From: Octopus bimaculoides
Lineage: Eukaryota
Length of the DNA: 41,366 nucleotides
Direction of reading: 5' to 3'
NCBI RefSeq assembly: GCF_001194135.2
Contig: NC_068987.1
Location: 43,249,068-43,290,433 of the forward strand
In this document: positions 12,701 to 26,151 of the stretch, in pieces
Numbering within the stretch: the stretch's first letter is position 1
Layout: each line of letters begins with the position of its first letter
Made by a program: the position numbers and the translations under genes
Notes under the pieces: model-generated
What the model was told of the DNA's origin: nothing
Database searches by the model: none
What the model saw: the letters and a program-made list of their open reading frames with translations, nothing else

Positions 12701-15700
12701 ATGACTGGTATCAGTGATAAATTATATTCCATTCTAAGGGAAGAATCTATCTTGTTTAACATAAGTAATCCCAAACAAAATGTCTGCTCTTAAAAGTAAT
12801 TTATGAGATTTAGAAGCATTTAAGAAATCTTGCTGTACAAAGAACACAAATTACAACTGTTTCTGCCACTTCTTTGGACAGTCTTTCATTTTTAATAATG
12901 ATAATATGCATCAACACATGGCTGTGAAAACAGTGTTTCTTGGTACAATTAATCAAAAGATCTTTTTATTTCCTGAAAATAGGTGAAATTCGAGTGGAGG
13001 CTAAGAATGATATGGTAACTGCTGCTGTAGCTACTGAAGGACCTTGGTAAGTTTACTAAACAGTATTCTCATGTTTGGATTAGTTGCCATTGATCCCTAT
13101 TAGCAAGATTACTAATACTGTTATCACTAAAACTGCACTAAATTCTTCTTGATTGAATTACATCACGCAGTAGGAGTGGCATCAGTTCTAACATACCTAC
13201 CTAAATTAATTCCACATGCACATATCCAACCTTTACTAGCATTGAAAAAAATAATTTTGAAACAAAACACACACACACCACAAATATTTATTACTAATCT
13301 AGGTGGCACCACCAGTGCATTCGTGTAATTTATATATGGTGTTTTAAAAAATTATTTAGTTGAAAGATGTGCAACCAGTGTCCATGGGCTTTGTAGTTCT
13401 TTCCAGACTGTTAACAAGTGTCTATGATGTTAGCTGTTAACCACTGTCAATCATTGTCTTGGCAGGGAAGGAATTAAAGGTGGAGTTGGGTAAGTTCTAA
13501 TGAAGAATGATTGGTAAAACCTTTTAGTGGAAAATGTTGGGTTAGACAGAGTAGTTGTAGTGTAAAAGTGACTGGGTGTTTGCTATATGGAAGTGATAAA
13601 AGTGTGTTATGAGGGTGGGTGATGGCTAGGTTTGGATGTGAGTAGTTGTTTGGACAGTCAGTGTGTTAAAGAGGTCTTTGGCTGAGTGAGAGAAGATTAA
13701 TGGGTGTAGTCAGTTCAGATGGCCGGATTATTTACCCTATGCATCAAGAATGTTGAAGGGGTGGGAGCCAAGAGTAATTGTGTGCATTGAAATAACTGAA
13801 GTTGGTGGCTTGAAAAGGGTGATACAAGATAGATGATGTTAACACTGAATGAAAGGTAGTTGAACAACTGTTAAAGAAGGAGAGAGAGTGTTAGAGACAG
13901 TAAATGAATACAGAGAAATGAAGGTGAGAGACTTTGAGTCATAGTAATTGCAAGTGGCTGTAGAAATCTTTTAGGAATTGATACATTTGTTATGGTCAGT
14001 AATGTTGCTAAAGTGTTTTCCCAGTGAGCATTACAGTAGCTTCTGTATTAGATGAGCTGCGTAAAATTTCAAACTATACTGTAGAAGTTCTGCTTAACCT
14101 TCACTTTCCAAAATACATTAACAGTTTCTGCACACTTTAACTACAAGTTTCTATTAAACAGTCTTATGCTGTCTGAAAAACATAAATGTAGCTAGCAAGT
14201 TTACTTAGAGATCAAGATTTGGGTTTGGTACCACTGCTTAGCATGTTGAGCAAATGACATCTAATAATAGGCTGACCAATTCTTGTGAGTTTAATTGTTA
14301 GACAGAAACTGTATGGGAGCCTGTTTTGTGTGTGCATTTGGTTTGACACCACTTGGACAATGATGAGGTTTATGTCCTGCATAAATATTTAAAAAATTAC
14401 CAGTTCCAAGTGCAAAAACCTGAAATAAAGTAACTTAATTGAAAACAAGTAAGGGTGATCACCAGGAAAGGCATGTAGTCAATAGAATACTGCCTCAAGA
14501 AGTTTTGTCCAACCCATAGCAGCATGGAAAAGTAGACAAAAACAATGATGATATGTTGTAGTGTTACCTTGGATTGTCTACACCTGTCTCAACAACCTGT
14601 TTTGCATGTGTGTGTGTGTATAGATGTGTGCTTTGTTTTTGCATCTTCTAAATATGTTGTTCACAGGAACTCAGCTTTGTCACACACAATACAACAATCT
14701 ACATACTGATAGCAGACTTAGTTAAGATAATGACTAACATATCCCACTATGCAAACCCTATGAAACAAGGAAACAGAACTTCATGCACCATATGCAATTC
14801 TCTGACCAGAAAGGTAGGATTCATGTATACAGGGGAGCTAGAAAGAAGTTAGATAGCATTATATATAATGAAGGCAGTGGTACCTGCCCTAGATACAGAG
14901 ACAAAGACTGGAATAGTATACAGAGAGTTTGTGACAAAGCAAAGTAAACACATGGTACAAGGCTGACAAATATCAAGGAGTGATGTTTGTAGAAGCCACA
15001 CCCCATGGGAACTAGCCAATAGATTTAGGAAAGCTCTGAAGGAGACCAAACTCAATACTAAGATGGTTGAAAAGCCAGGGAGTCCATCAGATCACAGTTA
15101 TGTAGGATGTTCCCCTTCGAAAATACCACATGCACTAATGAAAACTGTGTGGTATGTAAGATTAACCTAGGCATTAACTGTAGAACTAGAAATGTAGACT
15201 ACAGTGTAAAGTGCATAGAGAGTGCTTGTAAAGACAAAAACATGGCATACATTGAAGAAACATGATGACAAAAAACAGTCCTCCATACTCTACCAACGTG
15301 GAGGCACACTTGGCTAACTTGTCATACGCATTTTATCCAAGCACCTGAAGGGCCCATCACTCAGACAAATGCAGGAGTACATCCTCATATGTCCCCTGTA
15401 CTAAATAGAAAATACACATAGAAGGTAGTGATACCCCAATATCCCCAGAATATATATACATAAGTACATTTGCTAGTAGGCTGTTATCTAGGTATATATA
15501 TAAATAGGTAGGTAAATAGATATGTAAGTAAACAGATAGATACATAGGTTAGTAGATAGATAGGTATATAGGTAATACAGACGGACTATCGCGCGCACAC
15601 ACAAAAGGAGTTGGAACCATATACACGCACAGACACATATGGGGACACACATCCATACATAACAGATGCACATACATAATCACACAAACCCATACGCATA

Positions 15701-15958
15701 GACACACTCAAACATGCACACACACAAGGAGACAAAGGTACACATACATGTGCATACACAAGCACACATGTACACTGATGCACACACGTGCACAAACAAA
15801 CAAAAAAGAACGCAGCTCCAATAACAGACAGTCAACATCTATTGACGAGGTTGCAAAAGACAATGAAAATTTTGGAAGGAAAAATATAAGTAATGAGTGG
15901 AAATCGAACTGGTGTGTTAGATAATAAGACATTAAGACAATATGACTCTCCCCAGACA

Positions 15959-15989
<31 letters not shown>

Positions 15990-18900
15990 CGCACACACAC
16001 ACACACACACACACTTGGTGAATGAGTAATTAATACTTAGAAGGGCATCATCATCACCATTTTACATCCATTTCACCATACTTGCACTGGTTTGATGGGT
16101 TTTCCTTGCAAGTGTCTCCACTTGTCATAATCACTTGGCATCTTTGTGAGATTCAATATCGGGAGATCATCTTTCACCACACTTACCTTTGTTGTCCTTG
16201 ACCCAAGTGTCTGCTGCCATATGTAGTACATGCTCGTACTTTCAAGTCTCTTCTCTTGTACACCATATCTGACTCTTTTTTTTAAACTCAGTTTTCCTCT
16301 CCTCTCATTTGTGCCTTGTTGTTTATGCACACTAATATTACCAGAAGTTGTGTGTCTCCTTTCTCTCCATCTTTTGCACAACTTTCAATTACTATGTTTT
16401 GCTATCATGCAACATCATACCTCATTATGTCATATACTCTTCACTTTGAAAGAGAATCTGTTTCCAATAGCAGTAACATAACATCTCCCTAAATTTCTCA
16501 CTCTGTTCATTATGCTTTTGGCACACCTAACTCCATCTACTTCTATGGAGACTTCCAAACAGCCCAAAGACCTTATTTCACCAGTGATCTTACTGTTTAT
16601 TGCTCCTTGCATCTGCTACATACTTAGTCTTCCTTCTCAATCAGCTTGCTTATAATTCTACTACACCTTTGGAATTCCTACCTACTCTTTTACTTCATAT
16701 CAATCATGACTGCTTCTCTGATGGTAGTCTTCTTGCCTGCTAATTAAAATTTTTGACCTTGCCAGATTTTCTTTGAGGTTCCTCAGTTCTTGTCCTTGCT
16801 TCAGCATACAGAAGTTCCTATTGGCAGCCACTTTTAATCTACTCTCTTAAGTCCTGGAGAACTATGATAAATAACAGGGGTATAAAGTCTCACCAGCAAT
16901 CTAAATTCCTCATTGAATTTATTTCCAACCCTTTCCTTGCTGATAATACCTCCTCTGTACATGGTTCTCACAAGCCATTCATCTCTATCTAGCTTACTTA
17001 GTGGCCACCAGACTACAGTGCCTATTACCCACTCAAGGATCTTTTCCAGACTGATATATGCTAAGAATAATTGTTTACATATTACTAAAATCTTGTTGCA
17101 TACTTGTCTTACTAGGAAGAGAGTATCAGTGTTACCCCATCCTGTCACAAATCTGAACTCAATTGAGCCTATTTAAGCTAATTCTCTTCCTAATCAGTTG
17201 TACTAAAACTCATTCTCTTAGTTTCATAACTTGGTCTGTTATAATAGCTCTGTAGTTACTTCGAACATCTCTGTCCTTATAGCAATTGAAAAGGATACTG
17301 TCATGCCAGTCATTGAGTATGGCACATCCCTGTATGACCTTGTTGACTATCTTGAGTGCTATTTCACCAGATATTTTCAGTGTCTCACCAACTGTCCATG
17401 ATACTCCAGTTGTTTCCCTACTTTCTTGTCCTTAATCACACTTTCAGTCAAAGAGCTTTCAAATTCAGTGACTATCCTTCTTTTGAGTCTACATGGGGAA
17501 GTGTGTCTGCCTTCCACACATTCATTATGATCAGGAACTTTTTGTTATAGTGTAGCCAAGTCCATTTCTTCTCATCAGTAAGTGTGCTACTGTTATTCTG
17601 AACATATTTTCTCTCCTATTGGTGTCTTGATTCATACTAACACATTGCTTTACAATCCAAAATGCCTCACACCTCTGATCCTCTTGTTAAAGAACATTGC
17701 TAACCTCTTTCCTGATTTCTACCTACCCAATGTTATTATCAGCTCCTTGTTTCTTCATCATCATCATCATCATCGTTTAACATCCGCTTTCCATGCTAGC
17801 ATGGGTTGGACAATTTGACTGAGGACTGGTGAAACCGGATGGCAACACCAGGCTCCAATCTAAATTTGGCAGAGTTTCTACAGCTGGATGACATTCCTAA
17901 CGCCAACCACTCAGAGAATGTAGTAGGTGCTTTTACGTGTCACCTGCACGAAGGCCAGTCAGGCGATACTGGCAACGGCCACGCTCGAAATGGTGTCTTT
18001 TATGTGCCACCCACACAAGCCAGTCCAGGGGCACTGGCAACGATCTTACTTGGCTTNNNNNNNNNNNNNNNNNNNNNNNNNNNNNNNNNNNNNNNNNNNN
18101 NNNNNNNNNNNNNNNNNNNNNNNNNNNNNNNNNNNNNNNNNNNNNNNNNNNNNNNNNNNNNNNNNNNNNNNNNNTCTCACACACAGCACATTTCCAAAGG
18201 TCTCGGTCAGTAGTCATCTTTGGAAATGTGCTGTACATGAGAAGACCCGGCAAGCCAAGTAAGATCGTTCCTATCTGTAAAAACATCATCATTTTAACAT
18301 CCACTTTTCTGTGCCCTTCTTGTCACCAAGCCTCAGCCATTTGCAAGCAAAGTAATATTTCCCTATGGTTAGACATGTTTTTACAGAAAACTGCCAATGA
18401 ATGATACTGCTTCTATCACATGATGTTAACACACATACTCACACAGATTGGTGTTAGGAAAGAGAAACCTTACCAAAACAGACACTGGAACTTGACAAAA
18501 TCCCCATACCTGCTATATCCTGTCAGACTGTTTAACCCATATCAACATGGAATATAGATTCTAAAGATGATGATATATATGTACATGGCAAGCTTCTTTC
18601 CCGTTTTTGACTTCTAAATCCACTCAAAACTTTGGTCAGCCTGGGAATATAGTAGAAGACACTTGTCCAAGATGCTGCATAGTGGGACTAAACCCAAAAC
18701 CATTTGGTTGGGAAGCAAGTTTCTTAACCACACAACAATGCCTGTACTTATCTATTCCTGATATTCTGAAAAAATAAATCATCCAACTCGTGCTAGTATA
18801 AAAAAGTGAATGTAAATGAGAAAACACACTTTTATATATCTATCTATCTATAACATAAATCAACAAACAAATAAAAAGGAAACATTGTAAGTAGTATATT

Positions 18901-20826
18901 CCTGTTTGTCTTTAGTGTCTACAGACACATATAGACAATAGTGTTTATGAAATTCTACTGCTATATTAAGTGACTTGCCTTGCATGATTCTCTTCCTCTC
19001 AGCATTAATGGAAGGACAAAACGGTAAGTAATGGCCATGGTCATTTCATGTTTGACTCATAAAATCAATGTTTTTTCTTTCTCTCTTTACTTTATTTTTT
19101 ACCATTCTTCCTATATTGTACCAATGATTTGTTAATCTTTCCCTGCTTGCTTCCATGTTTGTTTCACCTCCAGTCACTCCAAATTCAGTAGTTCACACCC
19201 TCCAGCACCTGCCTATCCTAGTTTTTAATGTTTAACTTTAATTTGTCAATGTGGATGATTTACTTTACTTTTTTTGTGAAAATATACTTAACTGAAATTG
19301 ATTGTTGTTGTTTCATCTTGTCTATAATTATTATAGCATCAATTATTGCCTAAGATTGATGATATCTGCTATGTCTCCCTTGTCACCCTATGAAATAGGC
19401 CTTGAGTCTGATCAAAAGAACTTGTTTATTGTAATTGTTGCTCCTCTTAACATTGGGTCACACCAAAGTTATAAAGTTCATAGAAACGGGGATAGCTGTA
19501 TACACAGACGAAGAACATTTCCATAAAAATATTTCTCAATTCTGGAGATGTTTTGTAAGATCTTAACCATATTTTTCTCTTTGTCTAAGTTTACTGACCA
19601 CAGAAATTCTATTGGTTTAATAAAATTTTCCAACATTTGTGATCATAATGAGAGGTTCACTGACTACAATTGTGACATCTCTTGTCTTTAACCCATTAAT
19701 ATTCATTAAACTTGCACCCAACTTCAAGTTTTGTAATGTTAAATGTTTTCAAAGGTTGGATAATACTTCCTCTGGACATACAGAAGTGAATATGAATGAA
19801 GAATAAGGCAGGCATGGATGTGAGATTAAGAAGCTTACTTCCCAAACTTGTGGTCTTGGGTTCAGTTTCTGTGTGCAGCACCTTGGGAAAAGTGCTGCCT
19901 TCTGTAGCCTCAAGCTAACCAACACATTGTGAGTGAATCTAATAGAGAAAAACTGAAAGAAGCCAGTCATGTGTGTGCATGTACCCTTCCTTATCTTGGT
20001 AGTCTGGGTTGGTCGTAAATGAGCATCACTGTCTTACAAGTGATGTTGTTCATTTCCAGTCTTCTATGAGAAACATGTTAACAAATATGTTATCATCATG
20101 ATTGCTTTTGACACCAGATTATGACATAGTATATAAAATACAAGGCTAGACACTTTGTTCGGTGTGCTGTTTCTGAATTTGAATCTGACCACTCTTTACT
20201 TTGCTTGCTGTACCTTTGGGATCATTATATTATCTTTCTACCAAAGGTTTTTTGAGCCTTGGTTAAAAAATAAGAACTTTTAAAGATTTATCATTCAATC
20301 AGCATGTTTTATTGTTGCTGTTGTTTTTTTTTTTGTTTTTTTTTGTCATTATTGATGTTGTTGTTAAGATATTTGGCTGGTAGAATTGTTAGTATTGGAC
20401 AAAATGGTGGCTTGTGGTGAAAGGCAAAGACATTTAAACTCGTAGCAGTTCAGTTACATTGTTTCGGTAACATGTCTATCTGTAAGTGATCAAAGGCATG
20501 CAAACCATGACCTTCCTGTCAGAAACAGTGTTACCCAGGAACTTAATTATCTTATGTGCCCTTGAAAACTGGTTGGGTGTAATCTGAACGAGGTTTACCT
20601 GATACTTGTAGCTGGTCAAGTGACTACAAAAAAACCCTTTGAAGAAGATATAGCAAATGGTACAACTACTTTCTGGAAGTAGCAGGAACACTATGTAAAT
20701 GAGGATTGTTTTAGTAGTTGATGGTACTGAATCCAAATCCTCCTATGAGTTTAATCTTGTGTTGGGAAGGTTCACTTACCCAAGATATACCAGCATGTCT
20801 TTAAGTATTTATGTATTGCTCTTGGT

Positions 20827-20866
<40 letters not shown>

Positions 20867-21576
20867 NNNNNNNNNNCAAGCAACACACCACATTATCTGT
20901 GCATTTGCCAGAGTCTTTAAGTACCTCACTTTTTGGTACCCCTGTTGTTGGTATAAAATATCAGTCATATCCTCACTTCTGAAATGTTTGTATTGTTCAT
21001 TATTGAATGATGTGTACTTGCTGGTGTGGAGCAGTTTGGGCTGAATCATTGTAGAATACTTAATTGTACTGTATCACTGTAAAGTTCTTGTCAATAATAT
21101 AGAGGCTGAGCATCCTCTCACCATACTGCAACATGCCATTTTCAAGGCCTTTAATGAGGCCTTCAAGAAGTCTAGGTTATGCATAAAAATACGTTTTTGT
21201 TGATTCCAAAGAATTATATTTACTCTGAAGTTCTTAAATTCTTAAAAGCATCTAATTTATATCTCTATTCTTATTTTCATAATTAAATTTTCACAATAAA
21301 TGTAATTAGGTTTTTCCACATGTTTCACAAAATTTCTGTAAATAGAGCCCTGTTAGATTAGACTGAGTTCAATGCAGCCTTCCAATATACAATCCCTGGT
21401 TCAAAACATACATGTATCATTAAGGTGTACATATGGCTGTGTGGTTAACAAGTTTGCTCTTGTCCCACTGCATGGCATTTTAGTCATGTGTCTTCTACTT
21501 TAGCCCCAGGATGACCAATGCCTTATATGTCAGTTTGGTAGGTGGAAATTGTGTGCATAAATCCATCACACCACAT

Positions 21577-21617
<41 letters not shown>

Positions 21618-24600
21618 CACACATTTATATGTTGAGTTGAGGAATAATTCTGGAGCGTTTTTTTTTTAAATTTATTTTAAACAAAAACAACAAATTTATC
21701 AATAATATACTCTTTATTGTTGTTTATGACTTCCTCCCATCATTCAATAAGTTTTTCAATGCCTTGGCGATAGAAATCTCCCAGTCTTGACTCAAAGAAT
21801 TTGTTCAGCAAAGCTCTCAATACCATGTCATTATTGAACGATACACCACACAAAGTTATTGAAAGAAATGAAAATTTGATGGCACCAAGTCTGGAGATTA
21901 TGGAGGATGAGGCAGCACTTCCCATTTGAGTTCTTGAATTGCAGCTTTGGCCATATTGGTGATGTGAGGATGGTCGTTGTTTTGTTGCGGAAGAATACCA
22001 TTTCGCCTATTCAGTCTTTTTTGCTGAATTGCTTCATTTTGTCATTGCAGTTGTTGAATGTAGAGCTCTGCATTGAGTGTTTGGTTGCACTCAGTGCCAT
22101 CATACACACAACATCATCTTTCAAGGACAAAGGTCTTGTTTTCCTTGCAGAGTTGCTTTTTTGTCGGGGCTGAGCCATCTTTTTGCTGCTTCATATTGGC
22201 TTAAAGGCACCATTTTTCATCGCCAGTGACAATGCAGTAAAGAAAATGCTATTTGTGATCATGTATTGAGCAATGTCAAGCGAGCAAACTGGCGGCAATT
22301 GTGGAGTGTTGATGTTTGTTGTTTGCGCTTAAAGTGTGTGGCACCCAAGCACTGATTTTCTGAACCTTGCCCATTGAGTGAAGGTGATTCACCTCAGTTT
22401 TTTTATCACAATCCATCTGGTCTGCCAATTCTCTGGTCATTTCATGTGGATTTTTGTGAAGAAATTGTTTCAATCACTCTTCATCGAACTCAATTAGTCG
22501 ACCGGTGTGTGATCTGTCCTTAAGGTCAAAATTCCCCTTTTTGAAGCACAAAACCTTACAGCAGGCGGTACTTTGAGGCATTGCTTCTTTTCCACGCACA
22601 ACACAAATCTCACAAGCAGTTTTGGTGACCTTAACACCTCCATTAAATCCAAAAAGCAAATGGTGTCGGAAATGCTCAGTTTTGTCCATTCGACATTTCA
22701 TTTTAATGATCTGAAAATACACAAAAATCAATAAAATTAAAAAATCAAAATACACTATCTTGTAGAGTAAAAAATTCTCTTTTCAATAACATGAAACATT
22801 TTGCCAATGTGTTTTATTTCTGTGTGCATTTTAAAATTTGAATAAAATGGTCATGAATTATTCCTCAACCCAGTACGTATGCTGCTTGCTTGCTGCTTCA
22901 TGCTCTTGCTTGATGGAGCTGGGGTCATCCCAGATTAGTGGTCCCAGAGATGTCATGTGTAGAGCCAACCAGGTCCACCAGTGCTTTCCATCACTGGCAG
23001 TCCCATGCCAGCCATCTGGGCCAGGGCTTGCCATGATGCCTCTTTCAGTCAACAACTGCTGCAACAGATAGCTATGAGGTGGGAGGCTGCAAGCTGATGC
23101 ATGCAATTCTTTGTTGGAAACCTGATGGCACCATCTAATGTTGTTGATGGTTCTCAGGGTCCTACTATCAAATCTGTCAGTCCCCTTTGCCAGGGTCTTT
23201 AAGAGGAGCCATGTTTGTGCTCTATAGAGGCGAATGGAGAGGACCAATGCATTGCAGATGTGGAGCTTCATCTTCCAGGAGAGAGAGCAGTGGCACCAGA
23301 GGGGCGTTCATAGGGAGTAAATGACCCTGGTAGCCAGACAACATCTGAAGTTCATCTCCATTGTTGGTGATTGTGGGGCCCAGATAGATGTATGTTTGTG
23401 TATGTCTCTTTGCTTGACAACTGGTGTTGGTTTCATTGTGTCCTTTGTAACTTAACAGTTTGGCAAAAAGTGACTGATGAAATAAGTAATAGGACTGATC
23501 CAGTTGACTAAGCTTCCTCAAGATGATGCCCCAGAATAGCTGCAATCCAATGACTAAATCAAGTAAAGGAGTAAAATGTGTGTGTACAAGGGAACTAATT
23601 TATTTGTTTGTGTTAAGAATTATTCTATAATGTTTACATTCTGCAAACATTCAAATAATTATCTGTTAATGGTCAACTGATTCAACTATACCACCTCTTT
23701 TGGATATTTTATACTACTTCTTAGTCCTTGATTATCAAATTAAAAGAAATTAAATGTCTTTAATAAAGTGTTTGAAAATATTTTTATACCCATAAAATCT
23801 TTCTCCTGTTTTGTTTATCGTTTCCTTTTTGTTTATGCAGTGTATTGTTTTTCCTTCCAATTTTATAGTCTGCCCAGCAAAGACTTGTTACCTGCATGTA
23901 TTATGCAGATGATCATGGGAACTGGACCGTTTGTGAAGTACAGTACCAACAATAAGATCTCCCGACTTGGTAAGGCAGCTGGGTCAGCCACTTCAGCTCC
24001 TTTTGGTGTAAGTACCATTTAGAATCATCATCGCCATAAGAAAGAGAGAGTGCCAATATAAGTATTTATGGTATTTAGTCCCAACTGTTTATACTCTGAG
24101 TTTAAATTTGTGACCTGCTACTAAAATTCAAAATCATAATTATTACATCTGTTTTTACATTCTGAGAGCAAATCCTGCTAAGCTTCATTTTACCTTTCAT
24201 TATTCTAATTGTCAATAAAATGTGTCTAGTATTGGGATTGATACAGTTAACTGTTTCCTCCACTGTAAATTCCTGGTTGTAGATTGGTGATAATAGTAGA
24301 GTACTGGACTAAATAGTTATTACATCACTTTGTGCTGAGTTCAGTTTAGCCTTTCATCTTTCTATTATTGAGTTGGTTTAATCACACACACACACACATA
24401 CACACATGCTTTATGAGAGTCCCTTTAAAACAAAACAGCATTTAACCACTATCTTTTTATTTTATGTATACATTTATATTTAGAGTTGGCCTTACAAAGA
24501 ACTCTTTCATTGCCCATCTCCTGGAAATCACTCTAGAAAGAGCTTTCTATTGGATCAACTCTAAATAAATATGTCAACTCTGCATAAAGAATCAACTGCC

Positions 24601-26070
24601 GTGTGTGTGTGAGTATATATATATATACACACATATAACACTGGTTGTTCAGTGTTATATATGTACAAAAGTGTTGAAACCATTTGGTTAGGACCTTACA
24701 ATTTTGCCTCAGGATTCTCCATTTAAAAGTATTGTGTCCTTCCTTGTGTGAATGGGCTCCCTAATCCCTGAATTAAGGTAACTCTGTTCATATACATGCG
24801 TGTGTGTGTGTGTGTGTATGAGGGGGTAACCACCAGAAACATTCTCTGTGGGACAAGCCTGTTGTAGTTCAGGCTTCCGCTGCAGAAGCCACTTGATGCA
24901 ACCCTCAGGCATCAGTCTGCCAACCAGCGTCATTGAATGAAGTCATACTGCCACATGATGTGTCTTTGTTTTATAGTGCTTCTCCCCTGATAAAAAGGAA
25001 CAGCGTGCTTCTGTGAAATTTTGTTTACTGCTGGGAAAAGCGGCGGCCAAAAGAGTTGTCATGCTTCAAACAGCTTATAAGGACATTGCCATGAGCAAAA
25101 CACAAGTTTGCAAGTGGTTTTCACACTTTGGGAATGGTCATTTGTTGCTTGAAGACCAACCTCATTCAGAGTGACTGCTGAGCTCCCAACAAATGAAAAC
25201 ATGAAAATTCACTAACTGATCTTGGAGGACCGTCACTGGATAATTGACTAACTTGTTGATATGAGTGGTGTATCCTGGAGCTCCTGTCAGCAAATTTTGA
25301 GCAAGGAAATGCGAATGAAAGAGTTGCAGCAAAATTTGTGCCTTGCTTGCTTACAGAAGATTAAAAGCAGTCATGACTGAATGCATGTCATGAACTGAAA
25401 AAACAGGTGGAAGTTGATCCAAAACTTTTTCTGGAGGTCATCACTGGTGATGGAAGCTGCTGCTACAACCCGGAAATGAAACAGCAATCAAGTCAATGGA
25501 AGTATTCAATGTAACCACACCCCAAAAAAGCACATCAAGTGAAGTCTGATGTCAAGCCAATGCTGATTTGCTTCATCATTGTGAAAGGAATTGTCTGCAT
25601 AGAATTTGTTCCTCCTGGTCAAACTGTTATCCAGACATTTTACTTGACAGTTCTGAAGCATTTGTGAGATGTAGCTAAGTGGAGAGTGGTGGTTTCATCG
25701 CGTCAATGTGCCTACACCCACCACCTTAAGTGTGAGACCATTTTTGCCAAAAATGGCATGACCTCGCTTACCCACCCTCGCTATTTGCCTGATCTTGCTC
25801 CCCACGACTGTTCTCTGTTCTCTTGAATGAAAAAAATGTCCTTAATGGAAAACGTTTTGCAGATGTGGAAGACATGAAGAAAAAAAATGACAGAGGCGTT
25901 AAAAGGCATCACTTCACAAGAGTTCCAGGACTGCTTTGAACAGTGGAAAACACATCTGGACCAATACATTGCTTCATATGGAGAATACTTTGAAGGTGAA
26001 AAAAGTGTAAACATATAAAACTAAGTGAATAAAATATTGCAAAATTCTGGGGTGTTTGGGGTACCCCCTC

Positions 26071-26151
<81 letters not shown>

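Noticed and set aside
13440-14000. Possible minus-strand Penelope RT remnant
   Set aside because: I could not recover convincing motifs by manual translation; kept only as a compositional tract.
15357-16014. Short ORFs rich in C/V/Y/I
   Set aside because: These are translations of (CA)n/(TA)n microsatellites; the same applies to similar ORFs near 20800 and 25900-26190.
19812-19900. tRNA gene
   Set aside because: A/B-box-like head without a cloverleaf, continuing into a repeated SINE body.
23970-23975. Internal GTAAGG donor-like site in exon H
   Set aside because: Use would shift the frame and remove conserved residues; nothing supports its use.
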